Virus record (IMG/VR): IMGVR_UViG_3300028591_000016
Length of the DNA stretch: 33,251 bases
Strand: one strand, 5' to 3'
Origin: an uncultured virus (IMG/VR IMGVR_UViG_3300028591_000016)
Taxonomy: Duplodnaviria; Heunggongvirae; Uroviricota; Caudoviricetes
Positions 12,001 through 18,942 of the stretch are shown here, piece after piece. A program made the translations under genes and the position numbers. The stretch's first letter is position 1; each line of letters starts with the position of its first letter. The notes under the pieces are model-generated. The model had not been told where the DNA came from. It did not search any database and worked only from the letters and a program-made list of their open reading frames with translations.

Positions 12001-13475
12001 CTGGGACTATTGGTTGGGTTAGTCCTTATGGTTTGTCCCATTCATATAATATCGACTCCACCTCACATAATATAGAGTTTGTTAGAAACAATACAATCCC
12101 CGGGTATATTATATCCGCCAATTCAAACGGAGGGTCATACTCTAAAATTTCCAGTGCTACGCTTTATGAGCCAGCAGATGCGGATTGCGGAGTAGGATAT
12201 CTTGCTGCAGGATATGTCAAGGCAGTTCATAGAGGACGTAGGTCAACGTTTACGATGCCCGCCGCGACCACCAGGTGCAAACTCATCACTATTGCCAATG
12301 GGGATTACGTCAATAATAATTACACCGCACATATGAAGTTCAGAATCCGCACCGCAGTGAGCAACCCGTACGAGAACTTCACCGTGGAGATTCACTGGTC
12401 AGGCGCAGTCTCCAATATGCTGATCTACTCTGGTAATGCAACGGTCACGGGATCCGCACCGATCAGGTATGTATCCAGCTATGTAACGAAGACCCTGTCC
12501 TCCTCTGGTCATGGGTGTTTTGTAATGGTCGAGAACGGATCCACCACTGCAAGAAACATGATCATTGAGGTCCTTGAAGCGGATATTCCATATACTGTCG
12601 AGACAGGAACTCTTGCAGCACACGGCCAGACTGATGGCAATTTCAACATCGACCGTTTAGAGGCTGCTAACAATGCAGATAGGACCATCGTTTCCTCGGG
12701 TTCGATGGTCACCAGCATCACGGGTAATTGCAGCGGATCGGCAGGAAGTGCGAACTGGTCTTACTACCTCTATAACGATTATTGGGGCACCACCGGAGAA
12801 GCGATCACCAGCGGGCAGATCATCGCAAAAGGTTCAGACGGAAAGGCATATACCCTAAAGAGCAGAACGGACAAGGTGTTCGCATTGCCGTTGACTGTCG
12901 GGAGGGCGAACAGCGCATTCAATGCGAATGTGAACTGTGCAGTCCAGCATCAGGTCCGTAACTTAGCCTCAAGCGCCCTTACATCAATGGTCGTAGATGC
13001 TTCTTCTGCTATAGGTGCACCGCTATATATCCGTGGATCTCTTGATTCCAATGGCTATTTCATCTGTGACGGCCACTACTCATCTGTAATGACCAATGGA
13101 TACACCTGGGTGCAGATCGGGTCCTTTGCACGTACCGTAAATAACTGGAATCTCGACGCATCACACATTCAGCACGCAATCACACTTAACTCCAGCGGAA
13201 AGGTGACCCATGTTGATGGAAAGGCCGTGTTGGATACGACCTATACGGTCAATAATGGTACGCTTACGATCAAGGGAGGTTCAACGACCGCCACGACATT
13301 CACTGCGAATTCATCCACTTCTCCGACTTTGACAATCTCGGGAAGCAGAGGAACGACCGTGACTGCTGCATCGGGTACGATCACAGTTTCATCCCCACAG
13401 ATATATTCGTCCACATCTGCGCCCACATCCTCCGATGGGTCTAACGGCGACATCTGGATCCAGTACACGGCGTGA
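9057..13475 (+). CDS. Long tail fibre protein with a pyocin-knob-like domain
   Basis: 1472 aa, T/S/G-rich; HTH/HVH metal-binding motifs (SHTH, ARADHVH, GDHTH, GNHTH); DLNNYYTPGFY..MWYRT..WGGWVR knob; C-terminal APTSSDGSNGDIWIQY. Confidence 0.8.
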   Translation: MVDTVTNPVPIPSDVEVNGKVKATKFIGPLEGNADTATTATTASKLGSSNVGATLKIMYLNGGSPTNGTQLYNDKVKVAGTASTIVTTGTTALDLATASHTHGNITNDGKLGTASRVVITDGSKNITTDSNIDTTELSYLNGVSSNIQTQIDGKMKRGTYERIEGTTSAHKDLNNYYTPGFYNVKGLYTDNCPLTTDTDYYLMVMPWNKDKWTTQFLISGNGTPNSGKMWYRTTTNGTATTWGGWVRAASASELPSASSTTPSDLGTAAVGTSTAYARADHVHKKPTASDIGAAPTSHAVDASTYGWGSKSVAGHLKVGSNITVSDGTISLTKTDVTSALGYTPPTSNTDTLMTQSVSTANATYPILACPTADATANQGAKTGIFASSVELNPSTGNIVFTKASGGISYKGTKSTYNMIRFVDNTGDTFGNGIIIGGGGLVSIGGGESATTIAGSESGGLEELRLGSDGVIRVYTNVQSNSTTVSTFNTDGTFTPKTSGSVASNNGNAVTGGVVYTAIQNLKSEIGTPMHYKGAWTSNNSWPSNPATGDTYRATVNGSIDNVPTWKAGDTLVYGESAWDIIPSGDEPTGTVIPSGTITNGHIAVFDGTSGNVIKDGGATSQFQPAGTYLTLYNNASNLSTIAGWGTLTSTNGYTHLAGVAQAAGGSNGELRIATKSGQVSVQVDGYYYQNEGKYQVIDTTTTQSLTNKTYNGYTLAAACAKGVDTSIANASSSASLPTSAAVAAFVEGKGYTTLSIGTTSTTAAAGDHTHAISLESGGATTFVLSHGGTYTLTAGGSSVIFKMPNDDNTHYTANLITGASATAQSNAANTTTNSIFLNLVENSTVRNSHNIVGSGGTTVACDANGKITITSPSLGTGASNAAKGNHTHTASLTAAGSSGTTLAHNTWYTLTAGGSSVIFKTPADNNTDIYVKQIPLTTDNTYTYPLLASATASATTETTTTSVFCPNIQLRPLSTAITLSLSGTIGWVSPYGLSHSYNIDSTSHNIEFVRNNTIPGYIISANSNGGSYSKISSATLYEPADADCGVGYLAAGYVKAVHRGRRSTFTMPAATTRCKLITIANGDYVNNNYTAHMKFRIRTAVSNPYENFTVEIHWSGAVSNMLIYSGNATVTGSAPIRYVSSYVTKTLSSSGHGCFVMVENGSTTARNMIIEVLEADIPYTVETGTLAAHGQTDGNFNIDRLEAANNADRTIVSSGSMVTSITGNCSGSAGSANWSYYLYNDYWGTTGEAITSGQIIAKGSDGKAYTLKSRTDKVFALPLTVGRANSAFNANVNCAVQHQVRNLASSALTSMVVDASSAIGAPLYIRGSLDSNGYFICDGHYSSVMTNGYTWVQIGSFARTVNNWNLDASHIQHAITLNSSGKVTHVDGKAVLDTTYTVNNGTLTIKGGSTTATTFTANSSTSPTLTISGSRGTTVTAASGTITVSSPQIYSSTSAPTSSDGSNGDIWIQYTA

Positions 13476-13480
13476 TAGAC

Positions 13481-14254
13481 ATGGCTGTACAAGGTAGCGG
13501 CACACAGGCAGACCCTTATACAAAAATTACGGGCATGGGGTTCCAATGGCTGGATGTTCAACCCGCTACGACCTATGTGGCTATCGGAACGGATATAGAC
13601 ATACGTGATGACGCATATGAACTCAGCGATTCAGACCCTCGTCTGCCCGCATATGGGCTGGCCTATGACCGCTCTTTGGGTTATTGGTCGTTGCACGGTA
13701 CGGTGTCCGCAAATGCGGGAGACACACTACATATAGAGTTGGATAACGGGGAAGAAGTGTGGCAGTCATGCACTCTCGTCTTCGTATCATCTGGACCTAC
13801 TGTTGAAGGAAGCGGAACACAGGCAGACCCGTGGACGAGATGGGAGGGGACGGCATGGCAATTCTGGGATGCGGTGGTCGATGGAAGGACATATTACGCA
13901 TCCATTGGGGCGTATTTCGATGTGACAGATTACGACCCAAGGGAAAGTGGCGAGGAAGATTATTTTGTTATAAAAGTTCAACCGAATGGCACATTGGGTC
14001 TTTCAATTGTCAAATACGGACTATCTGGCACGGCTACATCATCTGGGAAGGTAACTGTCCGCCTCGTTTGGGGTTTAGAGGGGCATGAAGAATATAAGGA
14101 GATTTACATTCAACTCGGCTCTGGACCTACACTCAACGTAAAGGTCAATGGTGCATGGAAGGAAGGTAAACCGTTCGTCAAGGTGAACGGTGCATGGAAG
14201 GAAGCAACCAAGGTCTTTGTTAAAGTCAATGGTGCGTGGAAGGAGTCTCAATGA
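13481..14254 (+). CDS. Fibre-associated adhesin: two GSGTQADP-headed domains plus three C-terminal VKVNGAWKE repeats
   Basis: Repeats visible in the translation; ATG 13481 chosen (alternative GTG 13472). Confidence 0.65.
   Translation: MAVQGSGTQADPYTKITGMGFQWLDVQPATTYVAIGTDIDIRDDAYELSDSDPRLPAYGLAYDRSLGYWSLHGTVSANAGDTLHIELDNGEEVWQSCTLVFVSSGPTVEGSGTQADPWTRWEGTAWQFWDAVVDGRTYYASIGAYFDVTDYDPRESGEEDYFVIKVQPNGTLGLSIVKYGLSGTATSSGKVTVRLVWGLEGHEEYKEIYIQLGSGPTLNVKVNGAWKEGKPFVKVNGAWKEATKVFVKVNGAWKESQ
14141..14245 (+). repeat. Three coding repeats (KVNGAWKE) starting at 14141, 14180 and 14222
   Basis: aaggtcaatggtgcatggaaggaa / aaggtgaacggtgcatggaaggaa / aaagtcaatggtgcgtggaaggag. Confidence 0.9.
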
Positions 14255-15018
14255 GATGGTACCACCTGCTCGCCACATATCTCATCCTGGCTATACTGTC
14301 CTTCAGCATAGTCATCACCGTCGTGATACCCTACACCCCGCAGGATGCCGCGGGGATCGATCCTCCCGAGACGCATGACGGCATATGGTGGAGGTGCCCC
14401 AATCCAGAAGGCACAGTCTACTCGTCGGTGTACCTCGATCTCACGGTCAGCAAGGATGATTACGAATCCTCTTTATCACGCACCCTCCTGCGCAACGCCA
14501 CCGTCTTCGTGCCGTCGTACGCACAGCTGATCGACCCGAACGATCATTACGTGAGGATCATAGCCGAGCACATCCTCACTAACACTGAGGGCTGCTCCGA
14601 TTACCTCAGGGCCGTGGCGGGGCTGAGGTTCGTGCAGGCCGCCATCGACTATGTATCCGATCCTGACCTGTACGGGTGTGACGATTTCCCGGCCACGCCC
14701 ACGGAGACGCTGTACATGAGGGCGGGGGACTGCGAGGACTCAGCCATCCTCCTAGCATCCATATATCTGGCCATGGACATGGACGCCGTCCTGCTTGATT
14801 ATCCACATCACTACGCTACCGGCGTAAGATGGGAGGGGCAGGACGAATACCTGGCCTGTCAGACCACATCGCGCATCGCCACTCCGAACAACAATCTCAA
14901 GCACGACAACACCCTACCGGAGTTCGTCCATATCGACGATGTGCCCCAGGTGTGCTGTGCGGTTAATGACGGGATAGCATTCATGAGATACGGGATCAAA
15001 CGGACTATCGGGGTATGA
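14251..15018 (+). CDS. Membrane-anchored transglutaminase-like cysteine protease
   Basis: N-terminal hydrophobic helix; FVQxxIxY..D, PTETL..GDCEDSAILLAS catalytic Cys motif, then PHHYATGV; ATGA overlap start. Confidence 0.8.
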   Translation: MRWYHLLATYLILAILSFSIVITVVIPYTPQDAAGIDPPETHDGIWWRCPNPEGTVYSSVYLDLTVSKDDYESSLSRTLLRNATVFVPSYAQLIDPNDHYVRIIAEHILTNTEGCSDYLRAVAGLRFVQAAIDYVSDPDLYGCDDFPATPTETLYMRAGDCEDSAILLASIYLAMDMDAVLLDYPHHYATGVRWEGQDEYLACQTTSRIATPNNNLKHDNTLPEFVHIDDVPQVCCAVNDGIAFMRYGIKRTIGV

Positions 15019-15038
15019 CACACCTTCTCACGCCAATC

Positions 15039-15060
15039 TTATATACCTGATATATCATGT
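15039..15060 (+). promoter_or_regulatory. TATA box (TTATATA) directly followed by the operator-like motif ACCTGATATATCATGT
   Basis: TATA lies ~25-30 bp upstream of the structured RNA region; the motif recurs elsewhere in the window. Confidence 0.6.
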
Positions 15061-15072
15061 ATACCATAGGTC

Positions 15073-15136
15073 CTTGTGACACGCACAGCAAACGACTCCA
15101 CTCGACTGCTAATCGAATAACGGAACGTGTCATGGG
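15073..15136 (+). ncRNA. ACAGCAAAC hairpin RNA 1 carrying a tRNA-Ser(GCU)-like anticodon arm
   Basis: TGACACG(15077-83)/CGTGTCA(15126-32) stem; bulged ACAGCAAAC; TCC/GGA; TCGA-CTGCTAA-TCGA at 15102-15116. Confidence 0.6.
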
Positions 15137-15145
15137 CGGGGCCCG

Positions 15146-15235
15146 ATCACCTGGGACGCATACAGCAAACCAATAAGAAATGGCAGCTTTAGGAGCTTCG
15201 GTTCGATTCCGATTGACCGCGTCCTGGGAGGTGAT
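15146..15235 (+). ncRNA. ACAGCAAAC hairpin RNA 2 carrying a T-arm and D-loop-like module (YrlA/Y-RNA-like)
   Basis: GGGACGC(15153-59)/GCGTCCT(15219-25) stem; ACAGCAAAC 15162-70; AAATGGC; AGCT/AGCT hairpin; TCGG-TTCGATT-CCGA at 15198-15212. Confidence 0.65.
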
Positions 15236-15239
15236 TGCT

Positions 15240-16844
15240 ATGATAGGAAACGACAACGCATTTGTTAACCAGGCAGCTGACGCTGCAGCTAGGACCCACA
15301 CGGAGAATGGCGCGAACGCTTACAGAACGACCCAGTCCGCACTTGTGGACCTCTTCGCCTCCATCGGGGCACTCAGAGAGTCCAACAGGATGCAGTTCGA
15401 CAGATTCACGGACATGCTCGACCTGTCCGCCGCGGAGGATGCCACTATCCTCGCGAAGATGCTCTTCTATGCAAGGGACATCAGGGGAGGACTCGGAGAG
15501 AGGCAGGTCTTCCGCGACGCTCTCGAGCACTGCGCGAAGAACCACCCTGAGGTCATCAGACCCAACATTCGCAGGATCCCCGAATACGGCAGATGGGACG
15601 ACCTGCTCGCTCTCATCGGCACGCCCCTCGAGGACGAGATGTGGGCCTTCATCGACGAGACCATCAAGAACGATATGTGCCAGATCAGGGACGGCAAGCC
15701 CGTGTCCCTTCTCGGCAAGTGGCTCCCCTCCGCGGACACCTCCTCCAGGGAGACCCGCAAGATGGGATGTTACGCAGCCAAGAAGCTCGGGTACACCGTG
15801 CACGACTACAAGCGCGTGGTCAAGCACCTCAGGAAGCACCTCCCCATCACGGAGACCCAGATCTCCTCGAACAAGTGGGACGAGGTCAAGTACCCCGGAG
15901 TGCCCTCCAACGCCATGATGAAGTACAATAAGGCGTTCGCAAGGCACGACGCCGAGAGGTTCGCACAGTACGTCAACGACGTCAAGGCCGGCAAGACCAA
16001 GATCAACGCGTCCACCCTCTACCCCTACGAGATAGTGGAGAAGGTGCGCTGCAACAACGATGCCGTCATCTATAAGGAGATGTGGAAGCACCTGCCCAAC
16101 TACGTGGACGGAGAGAACGACTACCTCATCATCGCCGACACCTCCGGCTCCATGATGGGGCGCCCCATGGACACCGCCATAGGTCTGGCACTGTACTTCG
16201 CAGAGAGGAACCAGGGAGCCTTCAAGGACATGTTCCTGACCTTCAGCTCCACGCCCGAGTTCGTGCAGGTCCCCAGGGCCCTGCCCCTCGACAGAAGGAT
16301 CTACACGGTCATGAACGCACCCTGGGGGGGCTCCACCAACCTGCAGGCCGCGTTCCAGCTGATCCTCGACACCGCCAAGAAGGGCAACGTGCCCGCGAAG
16401 GACATGCCCAAGTCGCTGATCATCATCACCGACATGGAGTTCGACGCTTGCGTGGAGGCCACCCCCGTCGAGCCCGACAAGCCCGTCACGGTCACCAAGA
16501 TCCTCGTCGACCCCATGTCCGGACTGCGCTACAGCGTAGAGGTGCCCGCACCTTACATCCCTCCCCGCAGGATGAGGGCGGACTGCACGTTCTTCGAGTC
16601 CATGCAGAAGATGTACGCCGAGGCCGGCTACGAGATGCCTAACGTGGTCTTCTGGAACGTCAACAGCAGGAACTCCACGGTGCACACCAAGGCCGACACG
16701 CCCAACGTGCAGCTGGTCTCCGGGTCGTCTCCTTCGGTCTTCCGCAGCCTTACGGAGTGCCTGACCATGACCCCCTACGAGGCCATGCTCAAGATCCTGT
16801 CCGTGGACAGATACAAGAACATCGTCGCGGAGACAATAGGATGA
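15240..16844 (+). CDS. DUF2828 family protein (TROVE/Ro60-like helical domain + vWA MIDAS domain)
   Basis: Motifs RDIRGGLGER, YGRWDDL, KWLPS, VPSNAM, INASTLYPYEIV, DTSGSM, WGGSTN, ITDMEFD, VFWNV, VSGSSP; GGAGGTGA SD at 15227-34 supports ATG 15240. Confidence 0.85.
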   Translation: MIGNDNAFVNQAADAAARTHTENGANAYRTTQSALVDLFASIGALRESNRMQFDRFTDMLDLSAAEDATILAKMLFYARDIRGGLGERQVFRDALEHCAKNHPEVIRPNIRRIPEYGRWDDLLALIGTPLEDEMWAFIDETIKNDMCQIRDGKPVSLLGKWLPSADTSSRETRKMGCYAAKKLGYTVHDYKRVVKHLRKHLPITETQISSNKWDEVKYPGVPSNAMMKYNKAFARHDAERFAQYVNDVKAGKTKINASTLYPYEIVEKVRCNNDAVIYKEMWKHLPNYVDGENDYLIIADTSGSMMGRPMDTAIGLALYFAERNQGAFKDMFLTFSSTPEFVQVPRALPLDRRIYTVMNAPWGGSTNLQAAFQLILDTAKKGNVPAKDMPKSLIIITDMEFDACVEATPVEPDKPVTVTKILVDPMSGLRYSVEVPAPYIPPRRMRADCTFFESMQKMYAEAGYEMPNVVFWNVNSRNSTVHTKADTPNVQLVSGSSPSVFRSLTECLTMTPYEAMLKILSVDRYKNIVAETIG

Positions 16845-16854
16845 TATATCATGT
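16841..16854. promoter_or_regulatory. Operator-like palindrome ATGATATATCAT(GT)
   Basis: Perfect 12-bp palindrome overlapping the DUF2828 stop, upstream of the next operon. Confidence 0.55.
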
Positions 16855-16881
16855 CATCGATACACTAGCAGAGGTCGTAAA

Positions 16882-17136
16882 ATGGATACAGAACTCAAAG
16901 CAAAGCTCAAAGCGAAACTGAATGTGACCGTACAGGCCGTGCAGGGAATGATGCAGCCCGACATCGACGATGAGGAGAAGCAGGGCTGGATCGCCATCTA
17001 CAACGGTGCTATGCGCAAGATCATGAACGACTACCTCGCCGACGAAGTCCCTCCTCAGGCTCCCTCGGAGGAGCCTTCCGCAGAGGCCGGAGAAACCGTC
17101 GTGGAAGACGTCGGTGGAATCACAAATGCCGAGTGA
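16882..17136 (+). CDS. Hypothetical protein, acidic C-terminus
   Basis: 84 aa; GAGGT SD; codon style matches neighbours. Confidence 0.7.
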   Translation: MDTELKAKLKAKLNVTVQAVQGMMQPDIDDEEKQGWIAIYNGAMRKIMNDYLADEVPPQAPSEEPSAEAGETVVEDVGGITNAE

Positions 17137-17440
17137 GCTCATGGATTTCGGCGAAGCACTCAAGGCCCTCAAAGAGGGTAAGAAGATCGCCCGCGAGGGC
17201 TGGAATGGGCAAGGAATGTTCCTCTACCTCACGCCCGGACATAAGCTGTCATCTCAGGAGTGGACCGCAAAGGACTCCGCTCATGAGATGACCGACCACG
17301 AGCGTCTAACAGGTGAGGTCGAGATCCTCCCCCACATCGACATGTACACGGTCAACCGTGACGGTCGCAGGGGCAGGCTCTGCGGATGGCTCGCCAGTCA
17401 GACGGACATGCTGTCCGAAGACTGGATCATTGTAGAGTAA
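17126..17440 (+). CDS. tad2: DUF2829 / Thoeris anti-defence 2 (Tad2)-like nucleotide-signal sponge
   Basis: MDFGEALKALKEGKKIAREGWNGQGMFLYL ... PHIDM ... GWLASQTDMLSEDWIIV is the DUF2829 signature; start 17126 or 17141. Confidence 0.8.
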   Translation: MPSELMDFGEALKALKEGKKIAREGWNGQGMFLYLTPGHKLSSQEWTAKDSAHEMTDHERLTGEVEILPHIDMYTVNRDGRRGRLCGWLASQTDMLSEDWIIVE

Positions 17441-17453
17441 ACTAATTAACATC

Positions 17454-17490
17454 ATAGATACTGTCTATACAAAATATAGACAATATCTAT
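17454..17490. promoter_or_regulatory. 16-bp-arm inverted repeat (1 mismatch, 5-bp spacer) abutting a TTTATA box upstream of the NAD operon
   Basis: ATAGATACTGTCTATA-caaaa-TATAGACAATATCTAT; TTTATA at 17490-95. Confidence 0.55.
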
Positions 17491-17543
17491 TTATACTTCT
17501 TTTGCATATCATATCTCGGGTGAAAGCCCGAGGAGAACAAAAC

Positions 17544-18080
17544 ATGAAGAACGTATTGATCGTGATCGACATGCAGAACGACTTCATCACCGGTTCCTTA
17601 GGATCGGAGGATGCTCAAGCGATCGTTCCTGCTATCGTGAAGAGGATCAGGAGCGGGTACTATGACGATATCTTCGCCACCAGGGACACGCACAAGGACA
17701 ACTACATGGATACCCTTGAGGGACAGAAACTGCCGGTGCCGCACTGCATCAAGGATACCGAAGGCTGGCAGATCCAGAAGGACATCAAAAAAGCTCTGGA
17801 TGATATGAACGGAGACTCATACGTTCAGATCATCGACAAGTACACCTTCGGCTCGCTGTTACTGCCGACCAAGATCAGGGACGGCGTCGAGGAGATTGAC
17901 ATCGTCGGGGTCTGCACGGACATCTGTGTCATCAGCAACGCCCTCAGCCTGAGGATGTTCTACCCGAATATGCCCATCCGCGTCATAGCGAATGAGTGTG
18001 CGGGAGTGACCCCCGAGCTGCACGAGGCCGCTCTGAAGGTCATGCAGTCATGCCAGATCGATATCGAGACCACGGAGTGA
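17544..18080 (+). CDS. pncA: Nicotinamidase (isochorismatase/cysteine hydrolase family)
   Basis: IDMQNDF, TRDTH, PHC..GW, KYTFGS, VGVCTDICV motifs; GAGGAG SD before ATG 17544; NAD-gene context. Confidence 0.85.
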   Translation: MKNVLIVIDMQNDFITGSLGSEDAQAIVPAIVKRIRSGYYDDIFATRDTHKDNYMDTLEGQKLPVPHCIKDTEGWQIQKDIKKALDDMNGDSYVQIIDKYTFGSLLLPTKIRDGVEEIDIVGVCTDICVISNALSLRMFYPNMPIRVIANECAGVTPELHEAALKVMQSCQIDIETTE

Positions 18081-18084
18081 GCGG

Positions 18085-18942
18085 ATGCTGACCTTCAAGG
18101 ACATACCCACGGATAAACCGATCACGTATGAGATCAGCATAGGAGAGTTCAACGACCAGACCCCCAAGATCAAGGTGGCCATAGATAAGCTTCTTGAAGG
18201 GAAGCACCTGGTCATCGAGGTCGTGTGGACCTTTGAGGCCAGCAGGTGGGAGCGCGATCTGTTCAACCTCCAGTGCATCATGGACATGCTGCGCAGAGAA
18301 CAGGGGATCAAGGTCTGGCTCTATATCAGATACCTGCCTAACGCAAGGATGGACAGGACTGATGATGAGACGGCGTTCACTCTGTGGTCCTTTGCGAGGA
18401 TAATCAACAAGATGTACTTCGTAGGGGTAAAGATCGACGACCCCCACTCTGATACAGCACTGAATCTGATAGACAGGAGCTATCCCGGGTCCATATCGGA
18501 CCGCTATGCTGCGGTATGTAAGAAGGTCAAGAACCCGCTGATCGTCTTCCCGGACGAAGGAGCCCTATACAGGTATGCCAAGGACATCCCCGAGGATGTG
18601 CCGGTCACACACTGCAAGAAGACCAGGGACTGGAACACGCAGCACGTGACGGACATGAAGCTGATGAACCCCGAGATGGTCAAGGGCAAGGACGTGGTCC
18701 TCATAGACGATATCATCGCCCACGGCTACACCATGTATCTGGCCATCAAGGAGATCGAGGAATACAGCCCCAAGTCTATCACGATCTACGCCACGCACAT
18801 AGAGGAGTCCTTCATAGACGGGATACTGTGCCAGAAGCTGAACGAAGGAGAGATCGAGGCCCAGGTGTACACCACGGGCTCGATCATAAGGAAGTGGGAC
18901 AAGGTCCCGGAATACTTCCACATACTGGAGGGAACTGAATGA
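18085..18942 (+). CDS. Ribose-phosphate pyrophosphokinase-like protein (PRS fold; candidate ADPR-PP synthetase, Adps-like)
   Basis: YLPNARMDR, DPHS, VFPDEGA..RY, KTRDW, VLIDDIIAHGYT motifs; coupled to the NAMPT-fold gene. Confidence 0.8.
   Translation: MLTFKDIPTDKPITYEISIGEFNDQTPKIKVAIDKLLEGKHLVIEVVWTFEASRWERDLFNLQCIMDMLRREQGIKVWLYIRYLPNARMDRTDDETAFTLWSFARIINKMYFVGVKIDDPHSDTALNLIDRSYPGSISDRYAAVCKKVKNPLIVFPDEGALYRYAKDIPEDVPVTHCKKTRDWNTQHVTDMKLMNPEMVKGKDVVLIDDIIAHGYTMYLAIKEIEEYSPKSITIYATHIEESFIDGILCQKLNEGEIEAQVYTTGSIIRKWDKVPEYFHILEGTE

Noticed and set aside
7156..14254. Diversity-generating retroelement or invertible fibre cassette
   Set aside because: No reverse transcriptase or invertase, and no adenine-specific TR/VR pair seen; repeats differ mostly at synonymous positions
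15146..15235. Possible intact tRNA gene (GGTTCGATTCC)
   Set aside because: No 7-nt anticodon loop or proper acceptor/CCA end; treated as a tRNA mimic
15180..15239. Upstream ATG start for DUF2828
   Set aside because: It falls inside the structured RNA; a perfect SD supports ATG 15240
16446..16586. Mini-intein in DUF2828
   Set aside because: Far too short and lacks the terminal His-Asn motif
15189..16685. 498-aa antisense ORF, and similar ones at 18957-19826, 19854-20627 and 20686-21171
   Set aside because: Shadow frames of high-GC3 genes whose sense strand has clear family motifs
17454..17490. NrtR operator
   Set aside because: The spacing does not fit the GT-N7-AC core I recall, and no NrtR gene is in the window
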